Positions 38,482 to 48,048 of a stretch of 64,000 nucleotides of DNA are shown in pieces. Origin of the DNA: Candidatus Latescibacterota bacterium. GTDB lineage: Bacteria > Latescibacterota > UBA2968 > GCA-2709665. Within the stretch, counting starts at the first letter, position 1. Each line of letters starts with the position of its first letter. The position numbers and the translations under genes are program-made. The notes under the pieces are model-generated. The model saw nothing but the letters and a program-made list of their open reading frames with translations, was not told where the DNA came from and searched no databases. The stretch covers positions 2,592,001-2,656,000 of the forward strand of contig OZ242358.1 of NCBI GenBank assembly GCA_965208835.1. The letters run 5' to 3'.

Positions 38482-40146
38482 ATGGCGGACCCTTCGGACG
38501 CCGAATTGGTTCGACGCTGGAAAGACGAACCCGCGCCGCTGCTGCCGGTGTTGCACGCGTTCCATGATCGGGACGGATACGTCTCCGATGAGGCCATCCG
38601 GTCCATTTCTGCCGGGATGAAAACACCACTTGCCGATTTGTTCGGTACCGTGTCGTTTTACCATCACATTTCCCGATCGCCCGGTGGACTCGATAGATTC
38701 CGCGTGTGCACCGGCCCGATATGCGTGCTCCGGGGCGCGCAGGAGATGTGCGACGCCCTGAAAGGTGTCCCGATGGCGTGTGCGGGCAGGTGTGACGAAC
38801 CGGTGCCGGTGATTCAGAACCATCGGGTTCTCGTGGGGACGCACGCACGGCACCTTCGGGAGGTCCCCACGCCGCTGCCGGCTGAAAACCCCGGCGGATT
38901 GGAGGAGTGCGTCTTTCGTCATATTCGCGCACCAAACCGTTCGAATCTCGAAGGGTATCACGCGACACGCGGGTACGACGGATTGGAGAGAGCAATAACG
39001 CAGATGCGCCCCGCGGAGGTTGTGGAGCGGATCACTGAGAGCGGGCTGGCCGGCCGGGGAGGGGCCGGCTTCCCCACGGGCGAGAAGTGGAAGGGTGTCG
39101 CGGGAGCCGCTGGCGGTCCGAAAACGGTCGTCTGCAATGCCGACGAGGGAGAACCCGGCTGCTTCAAGGACAGGGCCCTGATGGACTACGATCCGCACGC
39201 GGTACTGGAGGGAATGGTCATCGCCGCGTACGCGACCGGCGCCACGCGTGGGTTCATCTACCTGCGGTACGAATATCCGCAAACGCTGAATATTCTCGAA
39301 TGCGCCATCGAAGAAGCGGAGGCCGCCGGTCTGATTGGCGATGGCATCCTGGGGACGGATTTCGACTTTCAGATACATATCCGTCGTGGGGGAGGGGCCT
39401 ATGTGTGCGGAGAGGAAGGGTCGTTGTTGAACAGCCTGGAGGGCAGGCATCCGTTTCCGAGAAACCGGCCGCCGTATCCGGTAACCCACGGGTTTGAGGA
39501 CCTGCCCACGGCGGTGAATAACGTTGAAACGCTGGTGGCTGTACCTCAGATCATCCGAAAGGGCGCAGGCTGGTACCGAAATCTTGGATTGAACGGCCAG
39601 TCGGGCACCAAAGTCATCAGTCTGTCGGGCGATATCGCGAATCCCGGCAATTACGAAGTCCCGTTCGGCTTGCCGCTGAGAACACTGCTTTACGATTGGG
39701 GCGGCGGCGCCCCTGATGGCCGGAACATCCAGGCGGTGACGATGGCGGGACTATCCGGCGGCTTTGTAGCGGGCGCCGCGCTTGAAGCGACGCTGGACGA
39801 ATCCAGCCTCCGCGGTTACGGGTCCTTTCTGGGCGCCGGGGGCATCATCGTCTTTGACGACAGCAGGGACATGGTGGAGGTTGCCCACTGCGCGATGGCC
39901 TTTTTTGCGGACGAGTCGTGCGGCAAGTGTTTTCCGTGCCGCATCGGCACACGCCGGCTGGTCGAGCGGCTTGACGGCGATGGTGGATCCGGGCGGGTCG
40001 GGCAATGGCGGGCCGAGGTACACGATATCGGCGAGACGATGATGGCGACCAGCGCGTGCGGCCTGGGTACGGCGGCGCCTCTGGTGACCGAAAGCCTGAT
40101 GAAGTATTTTCCGGATCAGGTCGAGAGGCACGTGTTACAACAGTAG
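38482..40146 (+). CDS. NuoE-NuoF fused diaphorase subunit of NAD-dependent formate dehydrogenase
   Basis: N-terminal SFY, C.G..C...C.G.C (2Fe-2S); GRGGAGFPTG.KW, NADEGEPG, YVCGEE, SCGKC.PCR.G, CGLG. Confidence 0.92.
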   Translation: MADPSDAELVRRWKDEPAPLLPVLHAFHDRDGYVSDEAIRSISAGMKTPLADLFGTVSFYHHISRSPGGLDRFRVCTGPICVLRGAQEMCDALKGVPMACAGRCDEPVPVIQNHRVLVGTHARHLREVPTPLPAENPGGLEECVFRHIRAPNRSNLEGYHATRGYDGLERAITQMRPAEVVERITESGLAGRGGAGFPTGEKWKGVAGAAGGPKTVVCNADEGEPGCFKDRALMDYDPHAVLEGMVIAAYATGATRGFIYLRYEYPQTLNILECAIEEAEAAGLIGDGILGTDFDFQIHIRRGGGAYVCGEEGSLLNSLEGRHPFPRNRPPYPVTHGFEDLPTAVNNVETLVAVPQIIRKGAGWYRNLGLNGQSGTKVISLSGDIANPGNYEVPFGLPLRTLLYDWGGGAPDGRNIQAVTMAGLSGGFVAGAALEATLDESSLRGYGSFLGAGGIIVFDDSRDMVEVAHCAMAFFADESCGKCFPCRIGTRRLVERLDGDGGSGRVGQWRAEVHDIGETMMATSACGLGTAAPLVTESLMKYFPDQVERHVLQQ

Positions 40147-40192
40147 TCCGGTATGGTGCCGACGCCAACGTCCTTGTCCGGGAAGGCGGGGA

Positions 40193-42934
40193 GTGATGAC
40201 CATAGAAAAAGATAGAGCCAACGGCGCCACGATGACCCTGGACGGCGAGACGGTCTCGTTCTCCGACGGGGAAACCGTTTTCGACGTTGCGCAACGGCAC
40301 TCGAAATCCGTGCCGACCCTGTGTTACGACGACCGGCTGGAGCCCTTCGGAAGTTGCCGCCTCTGCGTGGTCGATGTGGAAGGCGCCCGAACCCCCATGG
40401 CTTCCTGCACCACACCCGCGACGCCCGGGATGGTCGTTCGTACGGAAACGGATGTGATTCAGAAGTATCGAAAGGTGTTGCTGGAGATGGTGGCGTCGGA
40501 AAATCCCGAGATCGACGTGGACCCTCTCAGCGGATACGCTTCCCAGGAACTGAGCGCACTCGTGGATCGGTACGGCGCACGGACCGGCCGGTTTGCGGGA
40601 ACTCAGTCCGGACGCAGTAAGACAGAGGACGACAATCCGTTTCTGCTGCGGGACTACGACAAGTGCATCTCCTGCTACCGTTGCGTGCGCGTATGCGCCG
40701 AGCAGGAGGGAGACGACGCCATCAGCGTGATGAACCGCGGCTTCGAGACGCAGATTGTAACCGAGTTCGACGGTCTGCTGAAAGACTCGTCCTGTACGTT
40801 CTGCGGGCAGTGCATTCAGACCTGCCCCACTGGCGCGCTCGCGGACAAAAAGGCGCTGCGGGGCGCCAGCGAACCGGGGAAGATCGAAAAAACGCGTACG
40901 ATCTGCACGTATTGCGGGGTTGGGTGTTCCGTGGACCTGATGACGAAAGGGGAGAGAATCGTGGGTATCCAGCCTGCGATGGACGGTCCGGCGAACCACG
41001 GCGCGCTCTGTGTAAAAGGACAATTCGCATTCGACTTCGTGCATCACCGCGATCGCCTGAAGGTTCCGCTTGTACGCCGGTGTGACGGCAGACTGCACGA
41101 AGCGAACTGGGATGAGGCACTTGATCGCGCAGCTCGCGGTTTCCTGGATGCTCGTACGGAACATGGAAAGTACGGTGCGTATGGCGTGGCCTCCGGCCGT
41201 GCGCCTACAGAGGCCGCGTACCTAATGGGTAAATTTATCCGCGCCGGCTTCGGCACCAACTACATAGACAACTGCAGCCGTGCCTGACACGCCCCAACGG
41301 TTGCCGGTCTGGCAGCCACGGTCGGAAGGGGCGCGATGTCGAATCCGCTGGTCGATATGGACAAGCCCGACGTGTTCTTCTGCATCGGGACAAACATGAC
41401 CGAGTGCCATCCGGTAGCGGCCACGCGACTGAAGAAAGCAATTCGGGGCGGTGCAAAGCTGATCGTCGCGGATCCGCGGCGCATTCCGCTGGCGGAGATG
41501 GCGGATCTGTATCTTCCGTTGCGTGTGGGGTCGGATGTCGCTCTCCTGCTGGCAATGGCCCATGTCATTGCGCGGGAGGGTTTGATCGACAATGACTTTG
41601 TCAATAGCCGGACGGTGAAGTCTGAAGAATTCCTCGAGCACGTGAAGGAATATTCCCCGGAATGGGCCGAGCGGATAACGGGGGTTCCGGCGAAGGACAT
41701 CGAACTCGCCGCGATCTGGTTCGGTATGGCGGACCGCGGCGCGATCTACTATACGCTGGGAATAACCGAGCATATCTGCGGCGTTGACAATGTCCAGTGC
41801 CTGTGTAATCTCGCGCTGATGACGGGTAACGTGGGGCGAGAGGGTACGGGCATCAATCCGATGCGCGGCCAGAACAATATCCAGGGCGCGGGCGATTCAG
41901 GAGCCGTTCCGGACAAATTCCCCGGGTTCCAACCGTGCGACGATCCGGAGAATGCGGCGAAGTTCTCACGGCTGTACGGTAAGCGTCTGGAAGCTGAAAA
42001 GGGGATCACGAAGGTGGCGGCATTGAACCTGTGCGGAGACCGGATCCGCGCGATGCTGATCGACGGGGAGAACACGGTCGTGTCCGATCCGGACAGGGCG
42101 CATTGCACGCACGCATTGCAGAGCCTCGACCACCTGGTGGTGATTGACATTTTCCTGACCGAAACGGCCGAACTCGCCGACGTCGTGCTGCCCGCCACTG
42201 CCTGGGGAGAGACGGACGGCACGTGTACAAATACGGAGCGGCGCGTCCAGCGGCTGCGTGCCGCGGTCCCGCCCCCGGGGGAAGCCCGTCCTGACTGGTG
42301 GATCATCAGTGAGATTGCGAAACGGATTGGGACGCCCGGGTTCGAGTACGCCTCTGCTGAAGACGTGTTCAATGAGCTATGCAGAGTATCTCCAATATAC
42401 GCCGGACTGGATTGGGACCGGATAGAGCACGGCAAGTACCACTGGCCGGTCCCTGATTTCGAACATCCAGGTACCCCCATGTTGCACGAGGGCGAGTTCA
42501 CAAACGGTCGGGGTATCTTCACGAAGCATCGTTATCGCAATCCGGCGGAGACGGTCAGCGACGACTTTCCGGTATGGCTGACAACCGGCCGACGGTTGCA
42601 GGCCTACCATACGCGGACTCAGACCGGACGGGCGGCAGGAATGGACTATTTTCTTTCCGAAGAGACGCTGGAGGTACACCCTGCCGACGTGTCCGCATGG
42701 GGTCTTACCGACGGCGGCTGGTGTCAGATGTCCAGCGCGCGGGGTTCCATCAAAATCAAGGTGAAGGCAACACGGCAGTCTCCACCGGGCACGGTGTTCG
42801 CAAGTTTTGGCTTTAACGACGTACCGGTGAATATCCTAACGGGATCGGGCTACGATCCGGTCACGGAGACAGCGGAGTTGAAGGTCTGCCCGGTTCGTAT
42901 AGAAACAATTGTGCCCGAACCACATACACCCTGA
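40193..42934 (+). CDS. fdhA: Formate dehydrogenase alpha subunit, selenocysteine-containing (UGA at 41285-41287)
   Basis: ORFs 40193-41287 and 41336-42934 share one frame; NCSRA-U-HAPTVAGL; Fe-S motifs; RGQNNIQG; Mo/W-bisPGD C-terminal domain. Confidence 0.95.
41299..41317 (+). promoter_or_regulatory. Bacterial SECIS element
   Basis: Hairpin GGTTGCC-GGTCT-GGCAGCC starting 11 nt after the UGA, closely resembling the E. coli fdhF SECIS. Confidence 0.88.
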
Positions 42935-42943
42935 GGATTAAAG

Positions 42944-43774
42944 TTGAATCCAGGGATTTCACAGCGCGCCGTTTCGAGGGTGGATGACGGCTGCCCGGCG
43001 CGTTCGACCCACGACGAACTCGCAGTTGAAGAACCCCTGGAAATCCGCGTCGCGGGGGATCCGATAGCCGTTACCATGCGTTCGCCGGGAGAAGATGCGC
43101 GGCTGGCCGTGGGGTTTCTGTTCTCTGAAGGGATTATCGCGTCAGTCGAAGACGTGGGACGGGTCTTTCACTGCGGACGGCCCGGGACCGAAGGATATGG
43201 CAACGCGATCGACGTACTTCCTGCGCCCGGGCACAATCTGGATATCGAACGGGTGAGCGCCAGCCGGCGCGGCACACTCACCACGTCGGCGTGCGGTGTC
43301 TGTGGTCGGCAGGACATTGCGGACCTGGTGGCGCGCTGTGCCGTGTTGCCGCCCGGGCCGAGAATTCCGAAGGAACTGCTCATCCAGTCGATGGAACAGA
43401 TGACCCGGATTCAACCCACGTTTTCCCATACCGGCGGCGTACACGCCGCCGCCGCATTCGATCGGGACGGCCGCGCGCTTGTATGCTCCGAAGACGTTGG
43501 ACGCCACAATGCAGTGGACAAAACCGTCGGTGCCCTGCTTTTCGACCGGCTGGTGGGAGCGTCTGCGGGAGCCACCCTGCTGACGGTGAGCGGAAGAGCG
43601 AGTTTTGAAATCGTACAGAAAGCGGCCGTCGCGCGAATACCCGTAGTCGCAAGCGTCTCCGCTGCCAGCTCACTGGCGGTTGATCTTGCATCCGATGTGG
43701 GTATTACCCTCGCGGGGTTCGTTCGGAGGAAGGGTTTCAATCTGTATGCGCACCCTGAACGTGTCGCGCAATAA
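42944..43774 (+). CDS. fdhD: Formate dehydrogenase accessory sulfurtransferase FdhD
   Basis: EEPLEI, TMR.PG, SACGVCG, TGG.HAAA, EDVGRHNAVDK, SGRASFE.VQK. Confidence 0.96.
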   Translation: MNPGISQRAVSRVDDGCPARSTHDELAVEEPLEIRVAGDPIAVTMRSPGEDARLAVGFLFSEGIIASVEDVGRVFHCGRPGTEGYGNAIDVLPAPGHNLDIERVSASRRGTLTTSACGVCGRQDIADLVARCAVLPPGPRIPKELLIQSMEQMTRIQPTFSHTGGVHAAAAFDRDGRALVCSEDVGRHNAVDKTVGALLFDRLVGASAGATLLTVSGRASFEIVQKAAVARIPVVASVSAASSLAVDLASDVGITLAGFVRRKGFNLYAHPERVAQ

Positions 43775-43784
43775 GGAGCAGGCG

Positions 43785-44012
43785 ATGCCTATATTCGAGT
43801 TCATCTGCGGAAGTTGCCGTCATCCCTTCGAGACGCTGATTCAGGGCAGTCAGAAACCGAGTTGTCCGTCCTGCGGCAGCAGCGATCTCGAAAAGCAGCT
43901 ATCGGTTTTCGCTGTAAACGGTGGCAGCGGTCAAACCGATGCGAGTACGCTGCCGGGTCCGTGCGGAACCTGCGGAGACCCCAGAGGCCCCGGCGCCTGT
44001 TCACTGAATTAG
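43785..44012 (+). CDS. FmdB family zinc-ribbon protein
   Basis: MPIFEFICGSC..PFE...CPSCGS..LEK..S; AAGGAG RBS. Confidence 0.9.
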   Translation: MPIFEFICGSCRHPFETLIQGSQKPSCPSCGSSDLEKQLSVFAVNGGSGQTDASTLPGPCGTCGDPRGPGACSLN

Positions 44013-44213
44013 CCTCAATTCGCGGGAAACAGCACCGCGTCGCCGCGTCGCAGACTTCCGAAACGGGACGAAGGGATCGACCGGTAGGATGCCTTCTTCC
44101 ATCCACGTCCAGTGACCCGAAGCATCCCGGGTATCCGACGTCGAATCGCCTGAATTAACTCGCGTCTATTCGATTTAACGTCACCGTAAAACGACGAATC
44201 AAGAATGGGCTTT

Positions 44214-44247
44214 GGATCCCGGGCCAGGAGACCGGGATCTTTTTTTT
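44214..44247 (+). terminator. Intrinsic terminator after the fdh operon
   Basis: GGATCCCGG-N9-CCGGGATCT followed by T7. Confidence 0.75.
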
Positions 44248-44487
44248 AAGTCCTTGAAATCGAAGCAATAATCGAAATCAGTCGATCTTCTTCAGGGGTT
44301 TACGGCGACATGAAGGTTGTGAGGATTGCATTTGTGCATTCAGCCATTCCGGGCTATCTTTGGCGGCGTTGGTCCATTATTGCGTCACCACCGTGCGAAC
44401 GGCCCTCGGCGCGATTTTATGTCGTTCCGAACGAACAGGAATGGTCGCCGGCCTGCCAGGCTGCCGGAGCATCGGAGCGTATTCCGC

Positions 44488-46236
44488 ATGGGCGGCATCT
44501 TCTCAAGATCCTACCGCCGCATTCAGAAATCCATAGCCGAGGACCGTTGTGTGATTCTGGATGGTGGTGTCGCAACTGAATTGGACCGGATAGGCCTTCA
44601 GGATCACGCCATAAGCGATCACAGCCTCTGGGGCACCCGGGCACTGTACCATGAACCCTATAAGGTGCTGGATGTACACCGGCGATTTGTAAAGGTCGGC
44701 TGCGACGTGATTTCAACCAATACCTGGGGAATTCTCGAGGGGTCGGAGATTGGCGGGCGCGGTAGGACGGCGGACGAGGGGATATCGCATTGGATGGACG
44801 TAGCCCGACGCGGCATCGAATTGGCTCGCCAGGCGAATCGGGAGTTGGGGAGGCAAGACGAATGCGCGGTGGCCTTCAGCGTGAACGGAGACATCGATTC
44901 GTCTCAGCGGCTGGAGCGCCTGCAACTGCTGGCAAGGGTATTCGCGGACGAACCGCCCGACCTCGTTTTGATGGAGACAATGTCAATCGTCCGCGACGAC
45001 CTCACGCTTCCAGCGATTGAAATGATGATTCAGACAGGTATTCCGGTGTGGCTGAGCTTCCGGCGCTGCCGACAGGGTCTGTGCGGGGTACACGGACAGC
45101 ATTGGGGCGGTCCGGAAGGAGACTATTTCGGCAGACTGTCCGGCCGGTTCCAGCGAATGGGGATTGGCGCCCTGTTGATCAACTGTCTGCCGATAGAACA
45201 CGTACCAGGGATGATCTCGTGGCTGAGGGACTTTACCGATCTTCCACTGGGCGTATACCCGAATCTTGGGCGTTACCTGGATCCCGGTTGGAAATTCGAC
45301 ACATCGGTCGGGCCCCGGCGCTTTGCAATGCTGGCCGAGGCCTGGCGTGAAGAGGGGGCGAAGATCGTCGGCGGGTGCTGCGGCGTCACGCCGGAACACA
45401 TTGCCGAAGCCAGGAAAGCGCTGGCGTGTACGGAGGCGGGCCGAAAGCGGGTCCAGCCGCACGCCTTCGCGACGGCAGGGATCCGTCATAATGATGCCGT
45501 CGTACCGCATCCATGGGTAGACGAGAGCAACAGGACACTCTTCCCGCTGCCTTTTCCCGAGATTGTGTGCGATCCGGGCGTGTTCGCTCCCACGCAGGGC
45601 AGCTTTCTGATCTGGAAGCACCTGTTTCGAACGCGTGCCGGTCGGGGTCAACGCTGTCTGGACGTGGGTTGCGGCACCGGAATCCTGTCCGTCCAGCTCG
45701 CGTTGAACGGAGCGGAACAGGTTGTGGCCATCGACGTCCAGAAGGAAGCGGTGGGCAATACAATGACGAACGCGTTTCGAAACGGCGTGGCCGACCGCAT
45801 TTCCGGAAGGGTACTGGACCTCTATACCTATATTCCCGAAGAAAAATACGACCTGGTAATCGGCAGCCTGTATCAGATGCCGGTGGATCCCATGAAACAG
45901 ACGGCCGGGCACCGTCCCGCCGATTTCTGGGGCAGGAACCTGTTCGATCATCTGCTCTCTCTCCTTCCGGAGATGCTGGCCGATGGCGGCGTGGCCTATC
46001 TGATGCAGATTTCGGCCTTAAGCCAGGTCCGGACGTCAGAGTTGATTTCGGCTGCGGGGCTGGAGGCGAAGCTCCTCGACTTCAGCTTTTTTCACTTCAG
46101 CCCGACATTCGAAGAAAATACCGACCAGATCCGGCGGGTCGCCGAGTTATCCGATGCATTCCACCTCAATTTTGGTCGGGACAACGTGATGGTGATGTAC
46201 CTGCTGGAGATCGGTCCTGGCGGAAGCAATCCCTAG
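44488..46236 (+). CDS. Homocysteine S-methyltransferase domain fused to a class I SAM-dependent methyltransferase
   Basis: ILDGG.ATEL, H..F...G.D.I.TNT, MET, INC, GVYPN, VGGCCG.TP.HI; then GVFAP, LDVGCGTG, AID (start uncertain). Confidence 0.85.
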   Translation: MGGIFSRSYRRIQKSIAEDRCVILDGGVATELDRIGLQDHAISDHSLWGTRALYHEPYKVLDVHRRFVKVGCDVISTNTWGILEGSEIGGRGRTADEGISHWMDVARRGIELARQANRELGRQDECAVAFSVNGDIDSSQRLERLQLLARVFADEPPDLVLMETMSIVRDDLTLPAIEMMIQTGIPVWLSFRRCRQGLCGVHGQHWGGPEGDYFGRLSGRFQRMGIGALLINCLPIEHVPGMISWLRDFTDLPLGVYPNLGRYLDPGWKFDTSVGPRRFAMLAEAWREEGAKIVGGCCGVTPEHIAEARKALACTEAGRKRVQPHAFATAGIRHNDAVVPHPWVDESNRTLFPLPFPEIVCDPGVFAPTQGSFLIWKHLFRTRAGRGQRCLDVGCGTGILSVQLALNGAEQVVAIDVQKEAVGNTMTNAFRNGVADRISGRVLDLYTYIPEEKYDLVIGSLYQMPVDPMKQTAGHRPADFWGRNLFDHLLSLLPEMLADGGVAYLMQISALSQVRTSELISAAGLEAKLLDFSFFHFSPTFEENTDQIRRVAELSDAFHLNFGRDNVMVMYLLEIGPGGSNP

Positions 46237-46270
46237 ATCGTCTTGTTCACTCCTCGCGAGAGACTGCAAT

Positions 46271-47101
46271 ATGCCCGATGGTTTCCTCAAGGGACGCGCC
46301 GCAGTTGTCACGGGCGGCGCGAGCGGACTGGGCAGGGCCATCGCAATGCGTCTTGCGGAAAGGGGCGCCGACGTCTGTATTATGTCCCTGAGCAGCCGTC
46401 GCGTGAAGCGGGTGGAGAGCGAGGTGAAATACTTCGCCGCCGTCGACGAGATCGAGGCGACCCGGCTGGACATCGAGGGAACGGGCGTTCGTTGCGTCGC
46501 CCTGGACGGAGACGTGTGTTCTTCAGCGGATGTGGAGGAGATGGTCGGCCTGGCGGTGGGGACCTTCGGCAGTTTGGATGTTCTGGTGAACAACGCCGCC
46601 ACAAACGTAATCCATCCGATTCTCAACCACGACGACCAGGCGTGGAGGCGGGTGGTTGACGTCAACCTGTTCGGACCCTACCTGTGTACCCGGCACGCGC
46701 TGCCGCACATGATCAAAAACGGTTGGGGACGGATCGTATCGATCGGCTCCACAAACGCACACGTCGGTACGCCCGACTACAGTGCGTACGCGGCGTCCAA
46801 GCACGGTTTGTTGGGATTCAACAGGTCTCTTGCGCTGGAAGTGGCTCCACACGGCATCACAGCCAATACGGTCAGCCCTGCTACAATTGAGACCCCGTCA
46901 GGTGAGATGCATCTGCAGAGGTGGGCGGACGACCAGGGTCTTTCCCTTGAAGCCTTGCGCAAGGAGGTCATGAAATCCTATCCTCAGGGGAGGTTCCTGC
47001 GCCCGGAAGAAATCGCCGATCTTGTTGTTTTCCTGTGCCGGGATGAAGCTCGGGGAATCAACGGGGAGGACATAAGCGTGACAACGGGTGCGATGTACTA
47101 G
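46271..47101 (+). CDS. Short-chain dehydrogenase/reductase (3-hydroxybutyrate DH-like)
   Basis: TGGASGLG, NNA, YAASKHG. Confidence 0.92.
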   Translation: MPDGFLKGRAAVVTGGASGLGRAIAMRLAERGADVCIMSLSSRRVKRVESEVKYFAAVDEIEATRLDIEGTGVRCVALDGDVCSSADVEEMVGLAVGTFGSLDVLVNNAATNVIHPILNHDDQAWRRVVDVNLFGPYLCTRHALPHMIKNGWGRIVSIGSTNAHVGTPDYSAYAASKHGLLGFNRSLALEVAPHGITANTVSPATIETPSGEMHLQRWADDQGLSLEALRKEVMKSYPQGRFLRPEEIADLVVFLCRDEARGINGEDISVTTGAMY

Positions 47102-47200
47102 CCGCCCGCTGAAGAAGCCCATCCGGGCGACGGACGGAAGGGTAGCGGAACACGCCCGAGGTACTGCCTTGCCCCGGTATTCGGACAATTGGAGGGTTTA

Positions 47201-47983
47201 ATGAATCTTGGGCTTAAAGGCCGTCGGGCGCTGGTGACAGGCGCGAGCAAGGGAATCGGAAAGGCAATTGCATTCGAACTCGCAGGAGAGGGCGCGGCTC
47301 TCGCGATCTGCGCCCGCGGCGCGGGCGTACTTGAAGAAACGGCGGCGGCGCTCAGGGAGAAAACCTGCGTGGACGTATTCGCCCGTACTGCCGACGTCAC
47401 TGACGGCAAACAGGTTCAGTCGTTCGTGGAGCAGGCCGCCGCGGCGCTGGGTGGCCTGGATATTCTGATAAACAACGCCGGCAGCGCACTTCCAGGTACG
47501 TTCGAAGAGGTGGACGAGGTTCGCTGGCGCGCGGACCTCGATGTGAAGCTGTTCGCTGCGATGCGCTGCGTGCGTTCCGCACTGCCCTATCTGAAACAAA
47601 GCACGCAGGCCAGGATAATCAACATCAATTCCATAGTCGGACGCCAGATCGCGCCGGAGTACATTGCCAACAGCACAGACCGAGCGGCATGCCTGGCGTT
47701 CAGCAAGGGTCTCGCGGACAACCTGGCGCCATACGGTGTCCTTGTCAACAGCGTGAATCCCGGCAATGTGAAGAGCCAGGCCTGGGGAAGCACATTGGAC
47801 TATTTCGCGCCGGACGCGGAACTGGAGGAATATTACGAACAGGCCGGCCGGGAAACACCGCTGGGCAGGGTGGGGGAAGCCGACGAGATCGCGGCAGTCG
47901 TTACTTTCCTGGCAAGCAAACGGGCGAGCTATATTACAGGAGCTTCAATCGACGTGGACGGCGGTCTGGTGAGATATATTTAG
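47201..47983 (+). CDS. Short-chain dehydrogenase/reductase with atypical catalytic motif
   Basis: TGASKGIG, NNAG, NSTDR in place of YxxxK, ITG..IDVDGG. Confidence 0.9.
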   Translation: MNLGLKGRRALVTGASKGIGKAIAFELAGEGAALAICARGAGVLEETAAALREKTCVDVFARTADVTDGKQVQSFVEQAAAALGGLDILINNAGSALPGTFEEVDEVRWRADLDVKLFAAMRCVRSALPYLKQSTQARIININSIVGRQIAPEYIANSTDRAACLAFSKGLADNLAPYGVLVNSVNPGNVKSQAWGSTLDYFAPDAELEEYYEQAGRETPLGRVGEADEIAAVVTFLASKRASYITGASIDVDGGLVRYI

Positions 47984-48048
47984 GTGACTCCCGGGTGTCC
48001 GGCGGTAGCGGCACATGATTCGGTACCGCGAACCGGTAGCTCGCGCTC

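Noticed and set aside
41285-41287. Premature stop implying an fdh pseudogene
   Set aside because: The UGA is at the catalytic Cys/Sec position and has a correctly spaced SECIS
44040-44210. Possible SAM-I, SAH or c-di-GMP riboswitch before the terminator upstream of the HMT fusion
   Set aside because: GCAGAC..GAAA..GGACG only loosely resembles c-di-GMP-I, the stems do not pair, and SAM/SAH cores are absent; the terminator is explained by the fdh operon
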